Shown here: in pieces, positions 19,906-29,999 of the stretch | Position numbering within the stretch: the stretch's first letter is position 1 | Layout: each line of letters begins with the position of its first letter | Source: Dehalococcoidia bacterium | GTDB lineage: Bacteria > Chloroflexota > Dehalococcoidia > UBA2979 | NCBI GenBank assembly: GCA_965262725.1 | Contig: OZ253555.1 | Coordinates: 3,610,404-3,674,403, forward strand | DNA length: 64,000 nt | Direction of reading: 5' to 3' | Translations under genes and position numbers: made by a program | Notes under the pieces: generated by a model | What the model was told of the DNA's origin: nothing | Database searches by the model: none | Seen by the model: only the letters and a program-made list of their open reading frames with translations

Positions 19906-19984
19906 CATCACCCGCCACAGGCAGGAGAGCCCCCCGGTCGTTCGACGCGGCGGGGCGTTTTTTGAGGACGAGGAGGCAGGGGAG

Positions 19985-20293
19985 TTGGCGACGAAGGTTG
20001 TGCCGCTGACGGACCACATTGTGCTTCAGCCGATCGAAGGGGACGAGGTGACCGTCACCGGCCTCGTGATCCCGGACTCCGCGAAGGAGAAGCCGCAGCA
20101 GGGTGCCGTGGTCGCCGTCGGCCCCGGCAAAATGAACGACGCGGGCGTCGTGGAGACGATGGAGCTCTCGGCCGGCGACCGCGTGCTCTACCAGCAGTAC
20201 GCCGGCACCAAGGTCCAGATCGAGAAGGTCGACTACATCGTCGTCCGCTTCGCGGACGTGCTCGCGCGGCTCGACCAGAACGGCACGGAGTAG
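19985..20293 (+). CDS. groES: Co-chaperonin GroES
   Basis: PLTDHIVL, GLVIPDSAKEKPQQGAVVAVGPG and YAGT. TTG start after a purine-rich RBS. Confidence 0.95.
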   Translation: MATKVVPLTDHIVLQPIEGDEVTVTGLVIPDSAKEKPQQGAVVAVGPGKMNDAGVVETMELSAGDRVLYQQYAGTKVQIEKVDYIVVRFADVLARLDQNGTE

Positions 20294-20451
20294 CGCCACA
20301 GCACGCAGGCTCGACCCGCCATCCGGTGACGAACCGACCGGATGAGGGGCCCGGGAGGCCCGCCCGCGCCGGCCATGGCCGCCGGGGCGAGCGGGTGCCC
20401 GGCGGCCAGCCGCCCCGCCGCGACCACGGTCCGCGATGACGAGGGAGAGCG

Positions 20452-22140
20452 ATGCCCAAGGGTAAGATCCTGCGATTCGACGACAGCGCGCGCGCCGAGC
20501 TGCGCCGCGGCGTCGATGCGCTCGCCGACGCCGTCCGCATCACCCTCGGCCCGCGCGGGCGCAACGTCGTGCTCGACAAGACGTACCTGCGCGCCACCTT
20601 CACCAAGGACGGCGTCACCGTCGCGCGCGAGATCTCGCTCGCCAACCCCTTCCACAACATGGGGGCGCAGCTGGTGAAAGAGGTCGCCGTCAAGACCAAC
20701 GACGAGGCGGGCGACGGCACCACCACCGCCACCGTTCTCGCGCAGGCGATTTACCACGAGGGGCTGCGCAACACCGCCGCCGGCGCCAACCCGATGGCGC
20801 TGCGCCGCGGTCTGGAGCTCGCCCGCGACACGATCTCCGCGGAGCTCACGAAGCTCGCCACGCCGGTCGAGAGCCAGAAGATCGTGCGGCAGGTCGCCAC
20901 CATCGCCGCGAACTCCGACCAGGAGATCGGCGATCTGATCACCGACGTGATGGACAAGGTCGGCCGCGACGGCGTGATCACCGTCGAGGAGGGAAAGTCC
21001 CTCGAGCACGAGCAGGAGATCGTCGAGGGGCTCCAGGTCGACAACGGCTGGATGTCGCCTCTCTTCGCCACCGACCAGGAGCGCCTGGAGGCCGTGGTCG
21101 AGGAGCCCTACATCCTCGTCACCGACCTGAAGCTCTCCACCGTCCAGCAGGTCGCTCCGCTGCTCGAGAAGCTGCTCTCCGTCTCCAAGAACCTCGTCAT
21201 CTTCTGCGACTCGATGGAAGACGACGTCCTCTCGCTCCTCGCCCTCAACAAGATGCGCGGCAACCTGAACCCGCTCGTCGTCCGCTCCCCCTCCTTCGGC
21301 GAGCGCCGCAAGCAGATGAGCGAGGATCTCGTCGCACTCACTGGCGGCGTCTTCATCACCGAGGACATGGGCCACGCCCTGGAGCGGGTGGAGGTCGCCG
21401 CGCTCGGCCGCGCCGACCGCATCGTCACCACCCCGCGCGCCACCACCATCATCGGCGGGCGGGGGACCGACGAGCAGATCCGCGCGCGCATCGAGACGCT
21501 GCGCGCGCAGCTGGAGTCGAAGACGGACGCGCTCACCCACTTCGACTTCGAGATCCTCCAGAAGCGGATCGCCAAGCTCGCCGGCGGTGTCGGCGTGATC
21601 CGGGTCGGCGGCACCAGCGAGATCGACGTGCGCGAGCGGAAGTTCCGCGTGGACGACGCCCTCAACGCCACGCGCGCCGCCATCGACGAGGGAGTGGTGC
21701 CCGGAGGCGGCGTTGCCTACCTGCGCGCCCGCACCGCCCTCGAGCCCCTGCTGGAAGAGCTCTCCGGTGACGAGGCGACCGGCGTCCGGATCCTGTGGCA
21801 GGCCCTCGAGGCGCCGCTTCGCCAGATCGTGGCGAACGCGGGCGGCGAGCCCGCCGTCGTGGTCGGCGACGTCCTCGCACGGAGCGGTCACCACGGCTAC
21901 GACGCCGCGCGCGCTACCTACGGCGACATGTTCACGCTCGGCATCGTCGACCCCGTGAAGGTGGTGCGCATCGCCCTCGACAGCGCGGTCTCGGTCTCGG
22001 CGCTGATGCTGACCACGGAGGCCCTCGTCAGCGAGATCCCGCGCAAGGCGAGCTGGGATCCGGCCCTCGAGAAGATGTCCGAGCAGCTCGGCCACCCCGG
22101 GGTCGACCCCTACACGGGGATGCCGATCCCCGGATTCTGA
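20452..22140 (+). CDS. groEL: Chaperonin GroEL (divergent paralog)
   Basis: TLGPRGRNV, KDGVTVAREI, AGDGTTTATVLA, GVVPGGG and GIVDPVKV. Confidence 0.95.
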   Translation: MPKGKILRFDDSARAELRRGVDALADAVRITLGPRGRNVVLDKTYLRATFTKDGVTVAREISLANPFHNMGAQLVKEVAVKTNDEAGDGTTTATVLAQAIYHEGLRNTAAGANPMALRRGLELARDTISAELTKLATPVESQKIVRQVATIAANSDQEIGDLITDVMDKVGRDGVITVEEGKSLEHEQEIVEGLQVDNGWMSPLFATDQERLEAVVEEPYILVTDLKLSTVQQVAPLLEKLLSVSKNLVIFCDSMEDDVLSLLALNKMRGNLNPLVVRSPSFGERRKQMSEDLVALTGGVFITEDMGHALERVEVAALGRADRIVTTPRATTIIGGRGTDEQIRARIETLRAQLESKTDALTHFDFEILQKRIAKLAGGVGVIRVGGTSEIDVRERKFRVDDALNATRAAIDEGVVPGGGVAYLRARTALEPLLEELSGDEATGVRILWQALEAPLRQIVANAGGEPAVVVGDVLARSGHHGYDAARATYGDMFTLGIVDPVKVVRIALDSAVSVSALMLTTEALVSEIPRKASWDPALEKMSEQLGHPGVDPYTGMPIPGF

Positions 22141-22306
22141 GCGCCGGCGCGAAGCTGGGAATCGTCTCGCCCCTCATCCGGCTGGCGACAGAGCGATCCC
22201 GCCTGTAGCTGAACGATCGTCCCTCAGGTCGTGGCGCCTCGGGGCACCCGCGCCGACGAGCTACTTCGTTCCCGCCTACCCGCGCGGAGAACAGCCCAGC
22301 CCCGGC

Positions 22307-23089
22307 TCACCTCCTGGCCTCGGCCAGCCCGGCGGCGTCGAGGCGGTCGTGGAGCCGGCGCAGCTCGACGAGCACCTCGCCGAGCGACTCGGCGACCGCA
22401 GCGTCGGGTTTATCCCGCGCGGACTCGACGAAGTGCGCTGCCACGTTCGCCGTGAGCACGCCGACCAGCCCGATGCCGACCAGCATCAGGAACGTGGCCA
22501 CGCCACGACCGGCGAGCGTGACCGGGTAGGTGTCGCCGTAGCCGACCGTCGTGACCGTGGTGAGGGCCCACCACACGGCCGCGCCGAACCCGTCGATCTC
22601 ACCGCCCGAGCCCTGCTCGGCGAAGGTGATCACCACCGCCGAGCCGACGATCGCTCCGAACGCGAACAAGAGCGCCCCCTGCACGCCCCCCCGGCCCAGG
22701 ATCGCGCTCGTCGCGTGGGAGGCCCGGAACAGGTACGCGACCACCCTGAGCACTCGTAACACCCGAAGCGCCTGCACCGAGCGGACGATGCGCAGCGGCC
22801 GCAGGAGCGGCAGGGCCACGATCAGCACGTCGAACCAGTGCGCCCGGAGGTACGGCAGCCTGCGGGGCGCGAGGTAGACCCGGACGAGCAGTTCGGCGGC
22901 GAAGACCCCCCAGATGATCAGGTCGAGCGCGAGCAGAACCTGCTCCGCGCGTTCCGACAGCGCGAGGGCCACAGGCGCGAGCAGCATCGGGATCATGAGC
23001 AGCGCGAGGATCAGGAGCGGAAGTTCCGTGACCCGCTCGAAGCGATCCAGTTGCGCGCCCCGCCGTTCCAGCCGTGTCGCCACCATCAT
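22307..23089 (-). CDS. 6-TM potassium channel with voltage-sensor-like S4
   Basis: TVTTVGYGD selectivity filter and Arg-rich LRPLRIVRSVQALRVLRVLR segment. Confidence 0.9.
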   Translation of the reverse strand: MMVATRLERRGAQLDRFERVTELPLLILALLMIPMLLAPVALALSERAEQVLLALDLIIWGVFAAELLVRVYLAPRRLPYLRAHWFDVLIVALPLLRPLRIVRSVQALRVLRVLRVVAYLFRASHATSAILGRGGVQGALLFAFGAIVGSAVVITFAEQGSGGEIDGFGAAVWWALTTVTTVGYGDTYPVTLAGRGVATFLMLVGIGLVGVLTANVAAHFVESARDKPDAAVAESLGEVLVELRRLHDRLDAAGLAEARR

Positions 23090-23551
23090 CCTCCTCGCGT
23101 GGGACCTCTCGCCGCACTCGGGCGTGCGCGGGCCTCGCGCGACTCTACGCCGCCCCTGACGGTCTCCGCGCGACGATGACACCCCGTTGCGCCGCCGATT
23201 CGCGGCAAGCGCCTGTCGAGCGATCCCGCTCGCGCCGGGCATCGCCCGGGCCGGTACGGGCGGGACATCCCGCGGACCGTCTGCACCTACGCCCTCGCCC
23301 ACGATCCGTCTGGACGTCGCAGGGGCGCCGCGTCATCCTCGCGTGGCCAGGGCCCGACCGCGACGGGGTCGCTCACGCCTGACGGGGGACACAGTCGCTC
23401 ACCGTCGACACAGGTCGGGGCCACCCAGCGCCCGTCACTGCCGCCCCGGCCCGCGCGAGGGGCTCGGCTCGCGTGGGCCCGCGGCGGGCCCGGGATGGGA
23501 GCGGCGCCGGCGCAGCTCCGGCGGGAGAGCGGAGAGGAGCCGGTTCCCATC

Positions 23552-25189
23552 GTGCGACCAGTAGCGGAGATCGCGGAACGGCTGGGGCTGGACCCCGGGG
23601 TGCTGATCCCGTACGGGCACCACACGGCCAAGGTGCCGCTGGATGCTATCGCCGGAGGTGGGCGGCGGGGGAAGCTGATCGTCGTGACGGGAATGACGCC
23701 GACGCCGGCGGGCGAGGGCAAGACGACGACGACGGTGGGGCTGACGCAGGCGATGGGTCTGCTGGGCGTGAACGTCGCGGCGACGCTCCGGCAGCCGACG
23801 CTGGGGCCGATCTTCGGGATCAAGGGAGGCGGCACCGGCGGGGGCCTGGCGCGCGTCGAGCCGGAGGACGAGGTGAACCTCCACTTCACGGGGGATGCGC
23901 ACGCGGTCGCGTCGGCCCACAACCTGCTGGCTGCGCTGACGGACAACGCGGTGCAGCGCGGGCAGGTGGCCGGCATGTCGCCGGCGGGGATCACCCTGCG
24001 CCGCGTCTCCGACGCCGAGGAGCGGTCGCTGCGGCAGGTGGCGACAGGGCTTGGGGGCGCGAACAACGCGCCGGTGCGGGAGACGGGGTTCGACATCGTG
24101 TCGGCGTCCGAGGTGATGGCGATCCTGGCGCTGAGCAGTGGTCTGGAGGACCTCCGGGAGCGGCTGGCCCGGATGGTGGTGGGGTTCACGGGGGAGGGGC
24201 GCGCGGTGCCGGCGGCGGAGATAGGGGGCGCGGTCGGATCGATGATGTCGCTTCTGCGCCACGCGCTGCTGCCGAACCTGGTGCAGACCACGGAGGGGCA
24301 GCCAGTCATCGTCCACACGGGGCCGTTCGGGAACATCGCGCACGGGTGCAGCTCCATCGTGGCGGACCGGCTGGCGCTGAGCTACGCCGACTACGTGCTG
24401 ACCGAGGCCGGATTTGGCGCCGACCTGGGGTTTGAGAAGTTCATGCACATCAAGACTCGCACCTCCCGGCAGCGTCCCCACGGCGCGGTGATCGTCGCGA
24501 CGGTCCGGGCGCTGAGGTCACATGGCGGTGTGCGGATGTCGGAGATGGACGTACCGAACCCGGGCGCGGTGGCGGCGGGACTGTCGAACCTGCGGCATCT
24601 GGTGCAGGTCATCCGGTCGTTCCGACTTCCTGTTGTGGTCGCCCTGAACCGCTTCCCGACGGACACGGAGGAGGAGCTGCGCCTCGCGAAGCAGGGCAGC
24701 GAGGAGGCGGGCGCGGCGGCGGCGGTGGAGAGCAATCCCTTTGCGGAGGGCGGCGCGGGGTGCACGGAGCTGGCGGAGGCGCTGATGACGGCGACGCGGG
24801 GGGTGCCGGAGGAGGGAGTGGCGGAGATCGACTACGCGTACGAGCTGTCGGACTCGCTGGAGGAGAAGGTGCTGGCGCTCGCCCGGCGGGTGTACAACGC
24901 CGCGGACGTGTCGTGGAGCGTGGCCGCGCGCGGACAGCTGCGGCGGTTCCGCGAGCTGGGGTGGGACGAGCTGCCGGTGTGCATGGCGAAGACGCACCTG
25001 TCAATCAGCGACCGGCCGGAGCGGAAGGGGCGACCCTCGGACTACACGTTCGAGGTGCGCGACGTGCGGGCGTCGATAGGCGCGGGGTTCATCTACCCCA
25101 TCGCGGGGAACATCGTGACGATGCCCGGGCTGCCGACGCGGCCGCGGGCGCTCGACGTGACCCCGAGCGGCGCCGTGGTGGGTCTGTAG
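23552..25189 (+). CDS. fhs: Formate--tetrahydrofolate ligase (divergent)
   Basis: TPAGEGKTT, NLHFTGD, GPFGNIAHG, TEAGFGADLG.EKF, VCMAKT and TMPGLP. Start uncertain. Confidence 0.93.
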   Translation: MRPVAEIAERLGLDPGVLIPYGHHTAKVPLDAIAGGGRRGKLIVVTGMTPTPAGEGKTTTTVGLTQAMGLLGVNVAATLRQPTLGPIFGIKGGGTGGGLARVEPEDEVNLHFTGDAHAVASAHNLLAALTDNAVQRGQVAGMSPAGITLRRVSDAEERSLRQVATGLGGANNAPVRETGFDIVSASEVMAILALSSGLEDLRERLARMVVGFTGEGRAVPAAEIGGAVGSMMSLLRHALLPNLVQTTEGQPVIVHTGPFGNIAHGCSSIVADRLALSYADYVLTEAGFGADLGFEKFMHIKTRTSRQRPHGAVIVATVRALRSHGGVRMSEMDVPNPGAVAAGLSNLRHLVQVIRSFRLPVVVALNRFPTDTEEELRLAKQGSEEAGAAAAVESNPFAEGGAGCTELAEALMTATRGVPEEGVAEIDYAYELSDSLEEKVLALARRVYNAADVSWSVAARGQLRRFRELGWDELPVCMAKTHLSISDRPERKGRPSDYTFEVRDVRASIGAGFIYPIAGNIVTMPGLPTRPRALDVTPSGAVVGL

Positions 25190-25540
25190 CCTCCGCTAGC
25201 TCCATGAGGCTGCCCGGTCGGCTCCTTCCATTCTTGGATCGGGGTTCCGGCGATCTCCAACCGCGGAGCCACCCATCTCGGGTCAGCCTCGGTGCGGAGC
25301 TCCCCGACCTAGGGATTGCCAATCGAGCCGGAAGTCGGGCTCCGACAGGCGGCCGTCTCCGTCCACGTCGCACCATTCCATACCGAACGCGCTCGCAACG
25401 GGCTCCCCCCTGCGCGGCGCACACCCCCTCGGGCCGCACTCGTACGCCAACAGCACTCCTACAAGCCCCTGGCCACGCCGCCCGCGCTGGTCCCCGTTGG
25501 GGGATACGCCGGCGTACGTGGGGTGGCTCACGTCTGGGCG

Positions 25541-25572
25541 TGGTGCGCTCGGCAGGAGTCGAAGCCGCGACC
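25541..25572 (-). pseudogene. Degenerate tRNA 3'-end fragment (Arg-like), probable att scar
   Basis: Minus strand GGTC-GCGGC-TTCGACT-CCTGC-CGAGCGC-A-CCA. No anticodon or D arm upstream. Confidence 0.6.
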
Positions 25573-25881
25573 GTCGCCGCGGCAGCCCGGAGTGCGCGAC
25601 AGGGCGCCGCGCGTCCGCGAGCGAACCTCGGCGAACCCCGCACCGAACGTGACGCGGCCGGCTCCAGAGGGAGAATCCAGTCCCCGCGTCGTCCCTCGGG
25701 GCACGCACATCTCGAATCGCCGCCTCCGCGGGCGCCCCGGACCCCCCACGACCGACTCGCCCCGCTCACGGCCCGGCCGACGCCGAAACCGGCCGCCGCC
25801 CCGCCGCGGGCGCGGATGCTAGGCTGCACATGGCGACTCGTCGCTCCTACCTATGCTGCGACCCGTGGAGGAGAATTCGTC

Positions 25882-26235
25882 ATGCCCAACCCCGTCATGC
25901 ACTTTGAGATCGGTGGCGCCGACGGCGCCGCTCTCCAACAGTTCTACGCCGCAGCGTTCGATTGGAACGTGAACGCCGAGAACCCGATGCAGTACGGGCT
26001 CGTCGAGGCACAGGACACGGGCATCGGCGGCGGCATCACGGCTGCCGACCATGCGAGCGTCACCGTCTACATCGAGGTCGACGACCTGCAGGCGTGTCTA
26101 GACAGGGTCGAGACTCTCGGCGGCACGATCGTTCAGGAGATCACAACGATTCCTGGCATGGCGACGATGGCTCTCTTCGCCGATCCCGAGGGCAACGTGA
26201 TCGGCCTCGCCCACTCGGAGACGCCGCCCTCGTAG
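25882..26235 (+). CDS. VOC (glyoxalase/bleomycin resistance) family protein
   Basis: MPNPVMHFEI...FYAAAFDW...YIEVDDL...FADPEGNVIGL. Confidence 0.9.
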   Translation: MPNPVMHFEIGGADGAALQQFYAAAFDWNVNAENPMQYGLVEAQDTGIGGGITAADHASVTVYIEVDDLQACLDRVETLGGTIVQEITTIPGMATMALFADPEGNVIGLAHSETPPS

Positions 26236-26399
26236 GATCCGGGCGGCATCGAAGTTGTGCCGCCGCGGCACGTGGGCGCTGCCACCAGACGTTCACGATC
26301 CGCTTTGCACCGTCTCGAACCTACGGCGCGCGGATGAGAACTCCGCGGGGAACGACAGGGACCCCGGCGGTGCGCGAACCCCGAGGAGACTCGCCCGTA

Positions 26400-26966
26400 C
26401 TAGGAGCTCGCCAGCATGAGCAACCGGCGCTCGGCATCCGTCGGGAGCGCACGGGCAGCCTCTTCAAACGACAGCACCAGCACATCGTCCACCAGCGCGT
26501 CGCCGGCCGGCTCGCCCTCGACGCTCACCACGACCGTCCGCAGCCATCCCTGATCCCACGTCCCGCGGCGCTCCCGGGGGAGACGGGCCGCCACCCGGCC
26601 CGCAGCGAGGCGTGGCTCGCCCACCGGGCGCACGCCGAGCCGCGCGTGCAGCACATCCGCGACCACAGCCGCCAGCGTCTCGCCGGGCGCGGGCGCCGGC
26701 AGCTCGAGCAGCGAGGTCCGTCCGGCGTCGCGGAGCCGCACCAGCACGCAATGTGCCTCAGCCGACTCGTCGGCGGGCGGGCCTGGCGGCATCACGAGCG
26801 GCACCAGCACCATCCGCTCGGGCGGATCCCGATCGCTCGCGGAATCGTCGTCGCGGGCCGCCCGCGGCGGCGTCGCGCGCCCGCCGGCGAACCGCGGGCG
26901 CGCGGCCTCGGTCTCCGCCGGGGCTCCGGCCCCCGCCGCCTCGTCGCGCTCCACCACCGCCGTCAC
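26400..26966 (-). CDS. Hypothetical protein, possibly degenerate Nudix-like fold
   Basis: Coupled to the M16 peptidase by a GTGA overlap. PGETLAAVVADVLHARLGV resembles an Glu-less Nudix box. Confidence 0.6.
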   Translation of the reverse strand: MTAVVERDEAAGAGAPAETEAARPRFAGGRATPPRAARDDDSASDRDPPERMVLVPLVMPPGPPADESAEAHCVLVRLRDAGRTSLLELPAPAPGETLAAVVADVLHARLGVRPVGEPRLAAGRVAARLPRERRGTWDQGWLRTVVVSVEGEPAGDALVDDVLVLSFEEAARALPTDAERRLLMLASS

Positions 26967-28258
26967 TCCACCCCGGGCAACGTCGCCTCAAGCGGCCCCT
27001 CGTCGGAGAAGGGAGCGACCACGGCGAGCCTCAGGGCCGAATCGCGCACCACGCGCTCCGCCACCCGCGTCACGTCGGCGACGCTCACGGCCTCGTAGCG
27101 AGCGATCGTCTCCTCGGGGGTGAGCGGCGGCAGGCCCAGCGCCGCCAGCGCGCCGTAGCGTGCCGAGACGGCGCGAGTGTCCTCGAGCCGCAGCTGGATC
27201 CGTGAGCGGACGAGCGCCTTCGCGCGCGCCAGTTCCTCCTCCTCGACCGGCTCGCGGATGCGCGCGAGCTCGCGCACGATCGCGGAGAGCGCCTCCGCCG
27301 CCCGGGCGCGGTCGACGCCTGCGTAGACGCCGAAGCTGCCGGTGTCCAGCAGATGCGCCGCAGAGCTGTGCACGTCGTAGCAGAGCGCCAGCTCCTCCCG
27401 CAGCCGCACGAAGAGACGGGACGACATCCCCTCCCCCAGCACCGCCGAGAGCAGGCCAAGGGCGTAGCGGTCGGGATCGACGACGGAGAGGCCGCGCATC
27501 CCCAGCGCGATGTGCGCCTGCTCCGTCTCCTTCGTCCTCAGCCGCACGCGCGTCTCGTCCTCGGGGCCGCTCTCGACCGGGATCCAGTCGGCGGGGGCGC
27601 CCGCCTCCCAGTCGCCAACAAGGCGTTCCGCGAGCTCTCGGGCGCCGTCCGCCTCCACGGCGCCGGCGATCGAGAGCACCGTCGCGTTCGCGACGTACTG
27701 CGTGCGGTAGTAGGCGCGCAGCCGCTCGGCCGTGATCGACCGGACCGACTGAGGCGTCCCCGCGATGTCCCGTCCCAGCGGCTGCCCGGGCCACAGCAGG
27801 CCGTCGAGGAGCACCCCGGACAGCTCGTCGGGGGCGTCCTCGACCGCGCCGAGCTCCTCGAGAATCACGTCGCGCTCGCGCTCGATCTCGGCATCCCGGT
27901 AGAGGGAGCAGCGCAGCATGTCGGTGAGCACGTCCAGCGCCCGCTCCAGGTACTCCGGCGTCACCTTCGCGTAGTAGCTCGTCAGCTCGCGGTCGGTCGA
28001 GGCGTTGATGGATCCGCCGACCGCGTCGATTTCCGACGAGAGGTCGACCGGCCGCGGCCGGCGCTCGGTTCCCTTGAAGCAGAGATGCTCGCAGAAGTGC
28101 GAGAGCCCCGCGCTCGACTCCGGCTCGTAGCGGGCGCCCGCACGCACGTAATAGGTCGCGGACACCGACCGAGCGAACGGCATGGGCGTCACCACGAGTG
28201 TCAGGCCGTTGTCGAGCGTCGTGACGATGGATGCGTCGCCGCTGGCGACCGCCGTCAC
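26963..28258 (-). CDS. M16 family (pitrilysin-like) zinc peptidase
   Basis: TLDNGL, inverted zinc motif HFCEH, GGSINAST and GMSSRLF..LRE. Confidence 0.95.
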   Translation of the reverse strand: MTAVASGDASIVTTLDNGLTLVVTPMPFARSVSATYYVRAGARYEPESSAGLSHFCEHLCFKGTERRPRPVDLSSEIDAVGGSINASTDRELTSYYAKVTPEYLERALDVLTDMLRCSLYRDAEIERERDVILEELGAVEDAPDELSGVLLDGLLWPGQPLGRDIAGTPQSVRSITAERLRAYYRTQYVANATVLSIAGAVEADGARELAERLVGDWEAGAPADWIPVESGPEDETRVRLRTKETEQAHIALGMRGLSVVDPDRYALGLLSAVLGEGMSSRLFVRLREELALCYDVHSSAAHLLDTGSFGVYAGVDRARAAEALSAIVRELARIREPVEEEELARAKALVRSRIQLRLEDTRAVSARYGALAALGLPPLTPEETIARYEAVSVADVTRVAERVVRDSALRLAVVAPFSDEGPLEATLPGVE

Positions 28259-28280
28259 GCCGCGGCCCGCGGAAGAGCGC

Positions 28281-28925
28281 TCACGAGCCGGCCCACAGCA
28301 CGTCCCCGTGCAGGTCGTCCGGGTGCTCGCGCGCGGCGAAGGCAGCGTACTCCGCGCGGGAATCGACTATCGTCGTGCCGTCGCCGTGGCCCGGGAGCAC
28401 GAGCGTCTCGTCGCGAAGCGTGTAGAGCCGCTCCGTGATCGAGCGGATCTCCTGCTGGAGGGCCTCCCCGGAACGGGAGGCGCCGGGCCCCCCGGGGAAG
28501 AGCGTGTCGCCGGTAAAGACGACGCCCGAGGCGCGCAGGCAGATCGACCCCGGCGTGTGGCCGGGCGTGTGGATCACCTCGATCCGGACGCCGTCCACCT
28601 CCACCACACCCCCGTCGGCCAGGCGGCGCACGCCGCGTGCCTCGTCGATCTCTATCTCCTCCGCACCGGCGTAGACCGGTGCGGCGCTCGCCCCGCGGAA
28701 GACGTCGAAACCGTCCCAGTGGTCCCGGTGGTAGTGCGTGACGATCACGGCGCCGATCTCGCGCCCGGCGAGCGCCTCGAGCACCGCCTCGAAGCCCTCC
28801 GGCACGTCGATGACGGTCACCGCCCCGCCGCCGGCGGGGCGGATGATGTAGGAGACGTTCCCGAAGCGACCCAGATCCGGCAGGGCCTCCACTGTGAAGC
28901 GATCGTCGGCGTAGACCTGGGCCAT
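28281..28925 (-). CDS. MBL-fold metallo-hydrolase (glyoxalase II-like)
   Basis: THYHRDH, TPGHTPGS, FTGDTLF and LPGHG. Confidence 0.92.
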   Translation of the reverse strand: MAQVYADDRFTVEALPDLGRFGNVSYIIRPAGGGAVTVIDVPEGFEAVLEALAGREIGAVIVTHYHRDHWDGFDVFRGASAAPVYAGAEEIEIDEARGVRRLADGGVVEVDGVRIEVIHTPGHTPGSICLRASGVVFTGDTLFPGGPGASRSGEALQQEIRSITERLYTLRDETLVLPGHGDGTTIVDSRAEYAAFAAREHPDDLHGDVLWAGS

Positions 28926-28976
28926 GGCACTCTCCTCGGCGCTCCGCGCGGCGTCCGAGGGTAGCACGGGGACCGC

Positions 28977-29999
28977 CTAATGCTCAGCCGCCCTCTTCCC
29001 CGCCGTCGCCTCCGGCGCCTCACCCAGCCCGCAGCGCCCGCCGGTGCGCCACGCCAGCCCCTCTGCAACGAGCGCGTCGAGCAGGCGACCGGCGCGCGCC
29101 CGCTCCCCGGGCGTCGCGGCGAGCCGTCCCAGCAGCACCCGCACGCCGACGGACCGCGCCCCGTTCGCGCCCGCCTTCTCGCGCAGGGCGCGCAGGATGC
29201 GGCCGCGCCACTGTCGATCGGAGCCCTCGTAGCCCGGCTGGCGGCGGCGAGGCGGCGCCTCCTCGCCGCGCGCGAAGCGCGGCCGCGCCGCGCACACGCG
29301 CTCCAGGGGGCAGCCACCGCAGCGCGGTCGCGCCCGGCAAGCGGCCGCACCGAGATCCATCAGCGCGGGGTTCCACCTCTCGGCGTCGCCGGGCGGCAGC
29401 ATGTGCGCGGCCAGCCTCTCGACCTCGACGCGGGGGGTCGAGGCCACCGGATCGACCTCGCCCAGCACCGCGCGCCCCAGCACGCGGGTCACGTTCACGT
29501 CGACGGCCGCGACCTGCTCGCCGTAGCCGAAGCAGCGGACGATGGCGGCAGTGAACGGACCCACGCCCGGCAGCGCCCTCAGCGCCCCCTCCTCCCGCGG
29601 CAGCTCCCCGCCGGCCCGGAGTGCGGCCCGCGCCGCCTCCCGAATCGCCACCGCGCGGCGCGGGTAGCCGGCGTCGCCCCACAGCGTGAGCACGTCGGCG
29701 CGCGAGGCGCCTGCCGCGTCCGCGAGCGTCGGCAGCGCCTCCATCCATCGCCGGTAGAGCGGCAGTACCCGCGGCATCGGCGTCTGCTGCGCGCACACCG
29801 CGGCGACGAGCGCCGCGTAGGGGTCGCCGGGACGCCCCGGCCGCGGGCGCCACGGAACGTCGGCACCGTGCCGCTCGTACCAGGAGAGCAGCGCGTGGCG
29901 GATCCGGCGCACCCGGGCGGCATCGGGCAGGTCGCATCCCCTGCTCCGCAGGGCGCGGGCGCGATCCTCGGCCGAGCGGGCGGGCGATGACGCGAGCAT
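28977..29999 (-). CDS. mutY: MutY-like HhH-GPD DNA glycosylase with 4Fe-4S motif
   Basis: PWR, QQT, LPGVGPFTA, VDVNV.RV, ALMDLGA and C-x6-C-x2-C-x5-C. C-terminal GSDRQWRGRIL segment. Confidence 0.85.
   Translation of the reverse strand: MLASSPARSAEDRARALRSRGCDLPDAARVRRIRHALLSWYERHGADVPWRPRPGRPGDPYAALVAAVCAQQTPMPRVLPLYRRWMEALPTLADAAGASRADVLTLWGDAGYPRRAVAIREAARAALRAGGELPREEGALRALPGVGPFTAAIVRCFGYGEQVAAVDVNVTRVLGRAVLGEVDPVASTPRVEVERLAAHMLPPGDAERWNPALMDLGAAACRARPRCGGCPLERVCAARPRFARGEEAPPRRRQPGYEGSDRQWRGRILRALREKAGANGARSVGVRVLLGRLAATPGERARAGRLLDALVAEGLAWRTGGRCGLGEAPEATAGKRAAEH

Noticed and set aside
23100-23551. ZMP/ZTP or THF riboswitch upstream of fhs
   Set aside because: Could not find the expected conserved core motifs by eye; an Infernal search is needed to exclude it fully.
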